A DNA stretch of 64,000 bases from Acidobacteriota bacterium (GCA_965248695.1 CBDFKD010000001.1:1-64000), one strand, 5' to 3'; counted from the stretch's first letter, positions 8,942 through 17,135 are shown. Notes: generated by a model from the sequence alone, not told the origin. Numbers and translations are program-made.

Positions 8942-9106
8942 GTTCAGCGTTCACCGATCCCGCATGAGTATCGGCCTGTAGCGTGTAGAGCCTACCGTAG
9001 CAGGCGCTTTCGATTCCTCCCAGCGTCGCTCTTGTCTCCTCTTGTGGCAACAGACAAATGTCTATTATGGTCGCCCGCTTGGTTACGCGCATACTACTCG
9101 CTCCGC
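8942..9106 (-). repeat. Leader repeat copy 4 plus duplicated promoter block
   Basis: Core at 8942-9012; block has a CATAAT -10-like hexamer and the palindrome AGACA-TT-TGTCT. Confidence 0.9.
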
Positions 9107-9158
9107 AACCGGAAGCAGCCCCTCGTCTCCCGGTTCGGGATGCTGGGAGGCAGAGGAC

Positions 9159-9287
9159 ATGGAGTGGTGGTCGTTCGGAATCGGGTTGGTAATCGGATGG
9201 CTTTCGTTCACGCCCATCGCAATCGCCGCGTACACACGTGGCCTATGTAAAGGCGTGGATGTTGTTAAAAGTCTTCGAAAGTTATGA
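9159..9287 (+). CDS. Small membrane peptide (42 aa)
   Basis: AGAGGA RBS; MEWWSFGIGLVIGWLSF hydrophobic segment; convergent with repressor 1. Confidence 0.5.
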   Translation: MEWWSFGIGLVIGWLSFTPIAIAAYTRGLCKGVDVVKSLRKL

Positions 9288-9653
9288 GTCCACACCATCA
9301 ACTATCAGTTCCCACGATCTAACCTCGGCCACGAACTCTTCGACCGACATACCGTAGCGCTTCGCTAGTGTTTCGGCATCGCGCTTGAGCCTGTCATGAA
9401 GCTCCGAGGCGTTGCTGCTCGTTGCCGCTACGCGTAGGGGCTTACCATCCGGGTCAATGAACAGAGCGGCCACAGGCACGCCTAAGCCGTCTTCGGCGAG
9501 CCTGCGAAGCGTCTCTAGCTGGACGTTTGTCTGCTGTCCCGTTTCCAGCCTTGAGATCGCGGCAGCATCGATTCCTGTGCGCAGCTGAATCTGCCCCTGG
9601 CTCCGGCCGCACTCCTTACGGAGACGGCGGATGTTCTCCCCAAGGGCGATCAT
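9282..9653 (-). CDS. XRE/CI-like repressor 1
   Basis: LGENIRRLRK...SQ...TGID...ISRLETG..NVQLETL HTH_3 pattern. Confidence 0.9.
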   Translation of the reverse strand: MIALGENIRRLRKECGRSQGQIQLRTGIDAAAISRLETGQQTNVQLETLRRLAEDGLGVPVAALFIDPDGKPLRVAATSSNASELHDRLKRDAETLAKRYGMSVEEFVAEVRSWELIVDGVDS

Positions 9654-9779
9654 CCGACCACCTTACGAGGGTGTCTTAGAAAACAACAAGATTTCTTTAA
9701 AACAAGACTTGTTTCGTAAAGCAATAGCGTTTAGGATCATTGTATGATTAAACAATGTTCTTCAACACACATAGTCGCT
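9654..9779. promoter_or_regulatory. Divergent promoter/operator region 1
   Basis: AT-rich; palindrome AAACAAG-A-CTTGTTT; TAAGGT 6 nt before the repressor ATG. Confidence 0.7.
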
Positions 9780-9995
9780 ATGGAAGAGAACACGCCGCTT
9801 CAAACCGCCCTCGACGAGCTCGGGAAGCCTCAGTCGTGGCTCGCCAGCAAGACCGGTCTTGACCGCGCTCATGTGAATCGACTGTGTCGAGGAAAGGCCG
9901 ACAACAAGGATCTGACCAACGGGGTTTGCCAGCGTGTGTCTCGTGCTGTCGGGAAGCCTGTTGAAGTGCTTTTCCCTGTGCCTGAGGCCGCCTAG
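9780..9995 (+). CDS. Cro-like HTH protein 1
   Basis: QSWLASKTGLDRAHVNRLCRG...VEVLF; divergent from repressor 1. Confidence 0.85.
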   Translation: MEENTPLQTALDELGKPQSWLASKTGLDRAHVNRLCRGKADNKDLTNGVCQRVSRAVGKPVEVLFPVPEAA

Positions 9996-10007
9996 GAAGC
10001 CCCATCC

Positions 10008-10066
10008 ATGACGCTACCGAGCCCCACCACCCCCACGCCACTGCGGAATCAGGCAGACGGCGCAGT
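10008..10066. repeat. Post-cro boundary repeat copy 1 (also 10716-10774; diverged at 12763-12823)
   Basis: 55/59 identity between the first two copies. Confidence 0.9.
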
Positions 10067-10079
10067 GGGGGGCGTACGG

Positions 10080-10352
10080 CTAGTCGAGCTCGTGGCCGCA
10101 CTTGGGGCAGGTGCGATTGGCTGCCGTCAACTCGGCAGCGGGCGTGGGGTCGTCGGTGAGACCGACCAAGTAATCGATCGAGACGCCAAAGATACGCGCA
10201 GCCCGCACGACAGACTCGAATCGCAGGCTCGATTGGTTGCTCTCGACGCGCGAGATCACCGACTGGTCGTATCCGCCACCGAGCTCGATGGCCAGGTCGA
10301 TTTGGGTAAGGCCCGCCCGTTTACGCAGCTTTGCCAGCCGTTCGCCGATCAC
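10080..10352 (-). CDS. XRE/CI-like repressor 2 with C-terminal CxxC
   Basis: IGERLAKLRKRAGLTQIDLA...ISRVESN...FGVSIDYLVG. Confidence 0.9.
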   Translation of the reverse strand: MIGERLAKLRKRAGLTQIDLAIELGGGYDQSVISRVESNQSSLRFESVVRAARIFGVSIDYLVGLTDDPTPAAELTAANRTCPKCGHELD

Positions 10353-10379
10353 ACGCGGAAAGTTATCAACAAAAAGATA

Positions 10380-10416
10380 TTGACAAATGCATACCGTACA
10401 TACATAGTTAATGTAT
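10380..10416 (+). promoter_or_regulatory. PR-like promoter and operator 2
   Basis: TTGACA-17-CATAGT overlapped by the palindrome ATACAT-N5-ATGTAT. Confidence 0.7.
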
Positions 10417-10429
10417 GGAGTGCATAGAC

Positions 10430-10708
10430 ATGAACCGCTCAATGAGCCTCAAGGGTTTTCCAAAGCTCCGAGCCCGGATCGCGGAACTTGGTGTGCGGCA
10501 AGGGGATGTCGCCGTGCAACTCGGTATTCACCCGACGCTCTTGAGCAGCATCCTGAACGGTCGCCGCCAACCGCCCGCCGATTTCGAGGCCAACGTCACC
10601 GCCGCTCTGGACCGCCTGGAAGCGGCCGAGAATGCGGCGGCGGAGGCACGGGAGCGGGTACTGGAGCAGACCGCCGACGAGCCAGCGCCAAGCACCGAAG
10701 CTGCCTAG
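10430..10708 (+). CDS. Cro-like HTH protein 2
   Basis: LRARIAELGVRQGDVAVQLGIHPTLLSSILNGRR. Confidence 0.85.
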   Translation: MNRSMSLKGFPKLRARIAELGVRQGDVAVQLGIHPTLLSSILNGRRQPPADFEANVTAALDRLEAAENAAAEARERVLEQTADEPAPSTEAA

Positions 10709-10866
10709 GAGCCCCATGACGCTACCGAGCCCCACCACCCCCACGCCACTGCGGAGTGAGGCGAACGGCGCAGTCAACCTCGACATCGTCAAGGTTTCGC
10801 GTGCAGCGCTGTTACGCGTTGGCGTGTACGTGACGCCGAGCTTTGATGACACGTGGTGCCCCCACC

Positions 10867-11193
10867 TCATTCCGATGGGGCTTGTCGGAGCGCGGGCGGA
10901 TAGCCCCCTTTGCTCTCCATCTGGTCTTGTTGATTGTCCAGAAACAACTGAACTCGAAGCAGGGCCTGACGAAGAAGCCAAGGAATCGACTCGGACTGGA
11001 AGCTCCCCGCACAAGGAATGCGCACTGTCAACAGAAGTTCTTCGTCGTCATCTTCAACGCCTTTGCCGGGAGATACCGGGCCTTCTGGAGGAGCTTCGCT
11101 TCCTGTCGGAAACGCTAGCCGCATGCGGATCTGAACCGTGCCCCCTTCGAGAGGAAAAATCGTGAAGCCGGGTCGATCTGGGTATTGGTACAC
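10867..11193 (-). CDS. Hypothetical protein downstream of repressor 3
   Basis: GGAGG RBS before GTG; 108 aa. Confidence 0.55.
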   Translation of the reverse strand: MYQYPDRPGFTIFPLEGGTVQIRMRLAFPTGSEAPPEGPVSPGKGVEDDDEELLLTVRIPCAGSFQSESIPWLLRQALLRVQLFLDNQQDQMESKGGYPPALRQAPSE

Positions 11194-11224
11194 GGATTCC
11201 TCCGAGTCGTTGGCGAGCGGAGAG

Positions 11225-11428
11225 CTAGTCGAACTCGACGCCTTCAAGAAGCTCGCTGAGGGTGACGCCAAGAGCGCGGGCGATCTTCGCAACGGTGTCA
11301 AGCCGAACCGGCTCGCCTTTCTCGATGCGATAGATCGTCCGGAAGCTGCATTTCGAGGCGGAAGCAAGATCTTCTATCCGCCAGTCGCGCGCCTCGCGCT
11401 CCGCTCGGATTTTCGCGCCCAAGTTCAT
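11225..11428 (-). CDS. XRE-like HTH protein 3
   Basis: LGAKIRAERE...IEDLA...TIYRIEKG...KIARALGVTLSELL. Confidence 0.9.
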   Translation of the reverse strand: MNLGAKIRAEREARDWRIEDLASASKCSFRTIYRIEKGEPVRLDTVAKIARALGVTLSELLEGVEFD

Positions 11429-11445
11429 GGACCCAAGGAGGCCGC

Positions 11446-11655
11446 GTGAGCGTCGGCGAGATCGCTGGAATCGTTACGTCGCTCGGGCTGCTGTTCACCG
11501 CCATCGTGAACGTGCTGGCTACGCGTCGCCTCCGCTGGCTATCGGGAGACCTGATACAGGCCATCCACACCCTCCGAGCCATGCGGCGCGACGCAGCATC
11601 GAACGGGTACTCGACGGCGAACTCTGGGCTGGGCCCTGAGGCGAACCGTGAATAG
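11446..11655 (+). CDS. Small membrane protein
   Basis: AAGGAGG RBS, N-terminal TM. Confidence 0.5.
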   Translation: MSVGEIAGIVTSLGLLFTAIVNVLATRRLRWLSGDLIQAIHTLRAMRRDAASNGYSTANSGLGPEANRE

Positions 11656-12075
11656 CACGGTAAAGGGCCCATGAACATCGCGGTGAAGCAGACACTGCCC
11701 CTTGCTAAGTGGCGGTTCGAAGACAACGCGGCGCTGCCAAGAGCCGTCGCTGAGCCACCGCCCATCCCCGAAACCGTCCTGGATGAACTGTGCCGCTACC
11801 GTCAGGATCGGGCGGCGTTGCATACCGCGAACGCGGGCCGCCGCGATCATCCACTTGGCTGCATCCGCATCGTTCAGGTGGAAGTCGATTATATGGGGCA
11901 GGTCTTCCGGGTCGCCCTCGTAATCATCCAAGATATTGCCCGTTATAGGGGGCTGCGCGTGCGCCTCCGCCAGCACCGGCGGGGTGTCGTAGTACCTCAT
12001 GTAGCGGTCGAGAGCAGCTATTACAGCGGTCACAACGACACCGATCGCGGTAACGATCTGCCAGAAGGTATCCAA
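11539..12075 (-). CDS. Single-TM hypothetical protein
   Basis: GGGAGA RBS; N-terminal TM FWQIVTAIGVVVTAVIAAL; start uncertain. Confidence 0.55.
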   Translation of the reverse strand: MDTFWQIVTAIGVVVTAVIAALDRYMRYYDTPPVLAEAHAQPPITGNILDDYEGDPEDLPHIIDFHLNDADAAKWMIAAARVRGMQRRPILTVAAQFIQDGFGDGRWLSDGSWQRRVVFEPPLSKGQCLLHRDVHGPFTVLFTVRLRAQPRVRRRVPVRCCVAPHGSEGVDGLYQVSR

Positions 12076-12207
12076 GCTCAGGACTTCTCCCTGGGGCGAA
12101 AGCAACGTCAGGGGGGTCGCGGGGCGGCCGGTCGACTCGGCCGCCCCGCACATCTTTGTCGCCGCTCGCGCCGCTGCGCAAGAGAGAAGCGCATTGCGGG
12201 CAGAGAG

Positions 12208-12438
12208 CTAGTCGAACTCGACGCCTTCAAGAAGCTCGCCGGGATGAACGCCGAGGGTGCGAGCAATCTTCAGCAGGGTGGACGCTCGCGGATCTATCTG
12301 ACGCCCCTTTGTGCTGACGACACGCCAGAAGGTTCGGCGGTCGTTAGCGGTAGGCATCGCCTCTGCCACCTGCGTCAGGGTCATTCCGCAGTCATCCACC
12401 AGCGCTCTGAGGCGATCCCGAAGCTCCATCGGAATCAA
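12208..12438 (-). CDS. XRE/CI-like repressor 4
   Basis: LRDRLRALV..GMTLTQVA...PRASTLLKIARTLGV; last 37 bp region identical to HTH 3. Confidence 0.85.
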   Translation of the reverse strand: MIPMELRDRLRALVDDCGMTLTQVAEAMPTANDRRTFWRVVSTKGRQIDPRASTLLKIARTLGVHPGELLEGVEFD

Positions 12439-12490
12439 AGCCTAGGCACCAGTGTGCGATACGTCAACGGCAGAAAAAGCACTGACGCTC

Positions 12491-12519
12491 TTGACGGTAT
12501 TTGAGACACGGACTAATAT
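12491..12519 (+). promoter_or_regulatory. PR-like promoter
   Basis: TTGACG-17-TAATAT. Confidence 0.75.
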
Positions 12520-12553
12520 GACAGTGATGATTAAAACAAGGACACATAAGGTC

Positions 12554-12754
12554 ATGCGATACACGATCCAGGACGTACTCGACCGGCACGGTGTTAGCCA
12601 GCGTGAAATGGCTCGGCGCACCGGGCTCGACTATTCCTACGTGAACCGGCTCGTCAACGGCCGGTTTGTGCCTCGGGTCGATAAAGCGTTGCGCCTCGCT
12701 GCTGCCTTGGAAGTGCAGGTCGAGGATCTGTTCGCACTCGACGAGGCCGCTTAG
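12554..12754 (+). CDS. Cro-like HTH protein 3
   Basis: GVSQREMARRTGLDYSYVNRLVNG...LAAALEVQVEDLF. Confidence 0.9.
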   Translation: MRYTIQDVLDRHGVSQREMARRTGLDYSYVNRLVNGRFVPRVDKALRLAAALEVQVEDLFALDEAA

Positions 12755-12762
12755 GAGGCCCG

Positions 12763-13179
12763 ATGACGCTACCGAAAGCAGGTACCCACACGCCACTGCG
12801 AAGGATCGGCCCGCGCGCAGTGGACGCCGCTCTTGCCTCCAGCCCTGCCGATGTCCTCACGCTGATCGAGTGCGATTCCTGCAACAGGAGGATCGAAGCG
12901 CCGCGCGATGAGTACTTGGCTTGTGGCGCCGTCGAGGAGTGGCTGGAGGAAGAGGGCTGGTGCCTGCGCGGCTACTTGGCCTATTGCCCCACCTGTGTGC
13001 GCCTGTGGCCGGTGTGCGATTCCTGCGACCAATCCACCCACCCACGCGAGATCGCCGATCACAACCCCCCGGTGGTGTGCATGGCCTGCGCGCAGTGGGA
13101 CGACGATCAGCGCCCCGACGACGATGGTGAGCTCGTCGCCGCCTTCGGCTCCCAGGCCGTGTTTGGAGTGGGGCGCTAG
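12763..13179 (+). CDS. Cys-rich phage protein (four CxxC)
   Basis: AGGAGG RBS; CDSC, CPTC, CDSC, CMAC. Confidence 0.7.
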   Translation: MTLPKAGTHTPLRRIGPRAVDAALASSPADVLTLIECDSCNRRIEAPRDEYLACGAVEEWLEEEGWCLRGYLAYCPTCVRLWPVCDSCDQSTHPREIADHNPPVVCMACAQWDDDQRPDDDGELVAAFGSQAVFGVGR

Positions 13180-13181
13180 CG

Positions 13182-13829
13182 ATGCGCCGCGTCAGGGGAT
13201 ACGAGATCAAGCCAGAAGCCGACCTCCAGGATGCCGATCTCCAGGATGCCGATCTCCAGGATGCCGACCTCTGGGATGCCGACCTCTGGGAAGCCGATCT
13301 CCGGGGAGCCTGCCTCCGGGATGCCGACCTCTGGGAAGCCGATCTCCGGGGAGCCTGCCTCCGGGATGCCGACCTTCGGGGAGCCGATCTCGGGTTTGCC
13401 GACCTCCAGGGAGCCGACCTCCAGGAAGCCGATCTGCGGGGAGCCGACCTGTCGAAAGCCAACCTCCGGGGTGCCAACCTCCAGGGAGCCAACCTCCAGG
13501 GTGCCGACCTACGGGGAGTCGGCCTCCGGGGTATCAAGCTGTCCGATACAACGATCCTGTCAACGGGCCAGACGTGGCCGGAGTACCTGGCGGACTTGCC
13601 AGCGCTTCTGACCGCCGGCGGCAAGCCTCTAGCAGCGGTGGCTACGGAAGCAGCCTGGAGCTGCCATGACTGGGACAACTGCCCGATGCATGTGGCCTTC
13701 GACGCCAAGGGTGTCGGCGACGTACCCGAGCCATGGCGGTCCCAGGCGAAGCTGTTTGTCGCCCTGTTCGACGCCGAGCTGATCCCGCTGGAGGCGGTGA
13801 GAGCCACGTCCATGAGCGGAGCGGAGTGA
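13182..13829 (+). CDS. Pentapeptide-repeat protein 1
   Basis: A(D/N)Lxx repeats; exact 45-bp tandem duplication at 13275-13364. Confidence 0.9.
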   Translation: MRRVRGYEIKPEADLQDADLQDADLQDADLWDADLWEADLRGACLRDADLWEADLRGACLRDADLRGADLGFADLQGADLQEADLRGADLSKANLRGANLQGANLQGADLRGVGLRGIKLSDTTILSTGQTWPEYLADLPALLTAGGKPLAAVATEAAWSCHDWDNCPMHVAFDAKGVGDVPEPWRSQAKLFVALFDAELIPLEAVRATSMSGAE

Positions 13830-13834
13830 TAGCC

Positions 13835-14017
13835 ATGCGACAACGGCGTATCGACTGCCTAGCCCACTGGTGCCAGGAGTACTGCGAGCGCCGGGGGCTG
13901 GACTATGCCGCCACGCGCCGTGCCTTCGCTAAGCACCAAGGCTGCACGGCTCGGGATCTCAGCGCTGAGGACTACCTGGATTTCTACGTGGATCTGTACA
14001 CCGGGAGGGCGGCATGA
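13835..14017 (+). CDS. Phage hypothetical protein
   Basis: GGAG RBS, ATGA overlap with the next gene. Confidence 0.6.
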   Translation: MRQRRIDCLAHWCQEYCERRGLDYAATRRAFAKHQGCTARDLSAEDYLDFYVDLYTGRAA

Positions 14018-14250
14018 GCGACCGGACCCGGTTCGTTGACACCCGCCACCACGAAGGCCCCCTGTGCCCGGCATGTTTCAGGGAGCTCCCGGAGACACCG
14101 AGCGAAGCTGTGAGCCGGCTGCTCGAATACTACGCGCGGCTCGATGAGCAGGACCAACTCGCATTCGTAGCGACTCTGATTGGCGACGTGGTGACGCAGC
14201 GAATGGTTGCGCGCCTTCAGCCGGTCAGCGAGCCCCAGGGGGCGGCGTGA
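14014..14250 (+). CDS. Phage hypothetical protein
   Basis: Coupled ORF, CPAC motif. Confidence 0.65.
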   Translation: MSDRTRFVDTRHHEGPLCPACFRELPETPSEAVSRLLEYYARLDEQDQLAFVATLIGDVVTQRMVARLQPVSEPQGAA

Positions 14251-14429
14251 GCGTCGGCGAGATCGCTTGCCTGGCCTGCGGCCTGGACGCTGCTTTCGAC
14301 TACGAAGCGGACTGGGTGTGCACCTCGGGGTACTGCGACGACTCGGTAGCTACGTGTGAGTGCTGCGGCGAGCTGGCGCATGCCTGTACGTGCAATGAGG
14401 CTGCCGAGAGCGCATCGAGGGCAGCGTGA
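14247..14429 (+). CDS. Small Cys-rich protein
   Basis: GTGA overlaps at both ends. Confidence 0.6.
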   Translation: MSVGEIACLACGLDAAFDYEADWVCTSGYCDDSVATCECCGELAHACTCNEAAESASRAA

Positions 14430-14749
14430 AGGGTTATTGCAACGGTGCGAGGCTGCTTTCGGACGAAGAGGCGGCGTGGGTTCGCCGCGAGATCGAATGG
14501 CTTCAAGAGTTGGATCGGGCGTTGGCTAGAAAACCCGTAGGTCGCCGTCGGCGTCCGTTACCAACCCGGCAGCACGGCGCCGAGCCTTCTCGAAGCAGTC
14601 TTCGAACACTGCCTTTCCTATTCGTTCTGCTTGTCCTATCTCCTGTTGCCGCCATCGTTCGTCGTCGTAACCGAATTCGCTCCGCACGATCCTCTGCGTT
14701 GCGATCAGCCGAACATACGTCTGTTCGAGAACTTGGTACAGAGCTTTGA
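14426..14749 (+). CDS. Coupled ORF, distal part antisense to 14526-14786
   Basis: GTGA and TTGA overlaps. Confidence 0.4.
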   Translation: MKGYCNGARLLSDEEAAWVRREIEWLQELDRALARKPVGRRRRPLPTRQHGAEPSRSSLRTLPFLFVLLVLSPVAAIVRRRNRIRSARSSALRSAEHTSVRELGTEL

Positions 14750-14786
14750 CTTCCACCTCCAGATCTCGAATTCGTTGTTCGTCCAA
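14526..14786 (-). CDS. Antisense-inserted hypothetical protein
   Basis: GGAGAG RBS, helical 86 aa, extended -10 TGGTAGCGT upstream. Confidence 0.6.
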   Translation of the reverse strand: MDEQRIRDLEVEVKALYQVLEQTYVRLIATQRIVRSEFGYDDERWRQQEIGQAERIGKAVFEDCFEKARRRAAGLVTDADGDLRVF

Positions 14787-14793
14787 GTATCTC

Positions 14794-14850
14794 TCCGGGG
14801 TTGTGGTGGCTGTTGGTTTGGGCGAAAGCCGACGCTACCACGACCCCGGA
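14794..14850 (+). repeat. Long hairpin carrying RBS and -10 of the antisense gene (homolog at 19968-20032)
   Basis: TCCGGGGTTGTGG...CCACGACCCCGGA; G-U pairs form on the plus strand. Confidence 0.8.
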
Positions 14851-14931
14851 TTCGTTCTGGGGGGTTCAACCGCGTCGCACAGTGCGGCGTTATCCGTGAT
14901 CGGGGTGGGCTCGATAACGGAGAAGGCGACG

Positions 14932-15459
14932 ATGTCCACACGAAGCCAACAGGACACACCCCGCGACCCGGCAGGTACCTACCCGTGGGATGCGATGCGC
15001 GATTGCATCGGCCCGTACACCAACGGCGTAGCCCGACATCTCGGGCTATCGGCCTCGCTGGTGCAGAAGTGGCAGCGGCCGGTCGGCGAGCACACCGACA
15101 CCGGCGTGCGCAGCCCGCTGGCGAGGTTGGATCTAATCATCGAGGCATCGGTGGCTCTGGGGCAAGAGCGGTACTACGCCACGGCCCCGGCCCGGTACCT
15201 GCACGAGCAACACCTGACCGAGCCGCTGCCACCGTACTCCTCGGGCCACGCGATGACCGCCGATATGACGCAGACGGCAGGCACGCTGGAATCGCTTGGA
15301 TCGCTGGCGTTCGTGGACGGCGTGATCGACATACAAGAATGGCGACAGTGGGCGTCCTGCTGCGAGCGACTCAAGGCGATCCTGCTGCGTTCCGCGTCAA
15401 CGATGAGGGTCAACGCGGCGACGAACTGGCGGCCCGACGAGAGGCAGATGGGGGCATGA
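14932..15459 (+). CDS. Phage CII-like regulatory protein
   Basis: VARHLGLSASLVQKW...GVRSPLARL...DGVIDIQEW. Confidence 0.6.
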   Translation: MSTRSQQDTPRDPAGTYPWDAMRDCIGPYTNGVARHLGLSASLVQKWQRPVGEHTDTGVRSPLARLDLIIEASVALGQERYYATAPARYLHEQHLTEPLPPYSSGHAMTADMTQTAGTLESLGSLAFVDGVIDIQEWRQWASCCERLKAILLRSASTMRVNAATNWRPDERQMGA

Positions 15460-15514
15460 AGTACACGCCAGATCTGCTCTACAAGTACACCGGCCCTGAG
15501 GGTGAGGCGTAGCG

Positions 15515-15712
15515 ATGGGTAACCCGTGGTGGGTGAACGCTGGGCTGGCCACCTTCGCGGTCTGGTGTCTGGCGGTGTGCATCTACACGGGCCGGGAGAT
15601 CTTCCGTACTCGCCGTCGCCGGCCGTTTCGGCTGGGGCAGCTATCGCCCGAGTACATGGAGGCGCTGCGGCGCTACGAGGGGCTGCAGAACCCGGAGGAT
15701 CGAGCGGCATGA
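15515..15712 (+). CDS. Small membrane protein
   Basis: GAGG RBS, N-terminal TM. Confidence 0.6.
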   Translation: MGNPWWVNAGLATFAVWCLAVCIYTGREIFRTRRRRPFRLGQLSPEYMEALRRYEGLQNPEDRAA

Positions 15713-16143
15713 CGCAAACGTCGCTGTTTTCGACCCCTCCGTACCAGCGCCACTCCGAGGAGTCCAGGGCCGCCGCCGAGGCGATCGTGGATTCCCTCAG
15801 CAAGCTCCAAGCCCGGGTGCTGGCCTACATCGCCTCCTGTCCGTACGGGGCCACCGACGAGGAGATCCAGCACGCACTCAGGATGAACCCCTCCACACAG
15901 AGACCTCGGCGTTTGGAGCTGTACAAGCTCGGTCGGATCCTCAAGGCCACCTACACGCGCAGGACGCGTTCGGGCCGCAAGGCCGCTGTCTGGATCGTGT
16001 ATCCCGCACAAGACCCGTGCACGGCAGCCGTGGCGCCCCCGGGGCCGCTTTGTGGTGTGTGCCACACGGTATTGAGAGGCAAACAGCAGTACTTCTGCTC
16101 GGATGAGTGCCGGATAGTGTGGCATGGGCGGAGGGCGTCATGA
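15709..16143 (+). CDS. Winged-HTH phage protein with C-terminal Zn finger
   Basis: GATDEEI...STQRPRRLEL...RRTRSGRKAAVW; CGVC...FCSDEC. Confidence 0.75.
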   Translation: MTQTSLFSTPPYQRHSEESRAAAEAIVDSLSKLQARVLAYIASCPYGATDEEIQHALRMNPSTQRPRRLELYKLGRILKATYTRRTRSGRKAAVWIVYPAQDPCTAAVAPPGPLCGVCHTVLRGKQQYFCSDECRIVWHGRRAS

Positions 16144-17129
16144 AGCAGACGTTAACGCACTCGCGTCTGGCCACCTTTCGGTCCTGCCCGCACAAGCACT
16201 ACATCCGCTACGAGCTCGGCCTGGTGCCCGACAGCGACTCGCTGGCACTGCGCGTTGGCTCAGCGTTCCACCTGGCCCTGGACACGATCAACAAGGGTGG
16301 TGATCTGGATGCCGTAATGGAGGCGGCTGTAGAGGATCCGTACGACCTCGCCCTGGTGGCCGCGATGGTCAACGCCTACCAACTGCGATGGGCCGACCAC
16401 CAGCTGGAGAGCGTGGAGTCGGAGTACGAATTCAATCTGCCGCTGCGCAACCCTGAGACGGGCGCTCCCACTTCGGTGTGGGATATCGCAGGGGTGATCG
16501 ATCGCATGGTGCGGCTGCCGGACGGTCGTCTGGCACTCAAGGAGAGCAAAACCACATCGCAGGACTTTAGCCCGGGATCGGACTACTGGACACGGCTGCA
16601 TCTGGACCAGCAGTTGTCAATCTACATGTTGGCTGCACGCGAGTTGGGCTTTGATATCGACACGATCCTGTACGACGTGACGCGACGGCCGGGCCTACGG
16701 CCGTTGAAGGCGACACCCGAGGACAAGCGCAAGTACAAGGGCAACGGACAGCTGTACGCGAAGCAGCGCGACAGGGACGAGACGCCAGCGGAGTACGCGA
16801 TGCGCGTCGCCGAGGCCATCGACAAGCGCCCCGAGCACTACTTCACGCGCATCGAGATAGCACGCCTAGACCAGGACCTCGAAGAATGCGCTGCCGAGCT
16901 ATGGCAGCAGCAGCTAGCGATGCGCGCTGCTCAGAAGGCTGGCCACTGGTACCGGAATCCCGGGGCGTGCTTCTCCAACTTTGGGTCGTGCCGGTACCTG
17001 CCGATCTGCCAGCACCGAGACCTGGAGCACACCACTCCGATCGGATTTGTCCGGGTGGATGACGTTCACCCGGAGCTTGCTGAGTCGGGAGCTAGCCCGA
17101 CACGCCACGCCCAGGCCAGTGGGCAATAA
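16140..17129 (+). CDS. PD-(D/E)XK (RecB-like) exonuclease
   Basis: SRLATFRSCP, GSAFH, GVID...ESKT, QLSIY, C-terminal Cys cluster. Confidence 0.9.
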   Translation: MKQTLTHSRLATFRSCPHKHYIRYELGLVPDSDSLALRVGSAFHLALDTINKGGDLDAVMEAAVEDPYDLALVAAMVNAYQLRWADHQLESVESEYEFNLPLRNPETGAPTSVWDIAGVIDRMVRLPDGRLALKESKTTSQDFSPGSDYWTRLHLDQQLSIYMLAARELGFDIDTILYDVTRRPGLRPLKATPEDKRKYKGNGQLYAKQRDRDETPAEYAMRVAEAIDKRPEHYFTRIEIARLDQDLEECAAELWQQQLAMRAAQKAGHWYRNPGACFSNFGSCRYLPICQHRDLEHTTPIGFVRVDDVHPELAESGASPTRHAQASGQ

Positions 17130-17135
17130 GGGAGG

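Noticed and set aside
8975-8992. GCTCTACAC as a lambda-like boxA
   Set aside because: One T short and not conserved in the other copies.
5623-9012. Leader repeats as integron attC sites
   Set aside because: No RYYYAAC...GTTRRRY pair in the required orientation, two separate hairpins rather than one long palindrome, and int shows no evident IntI-type insertion.
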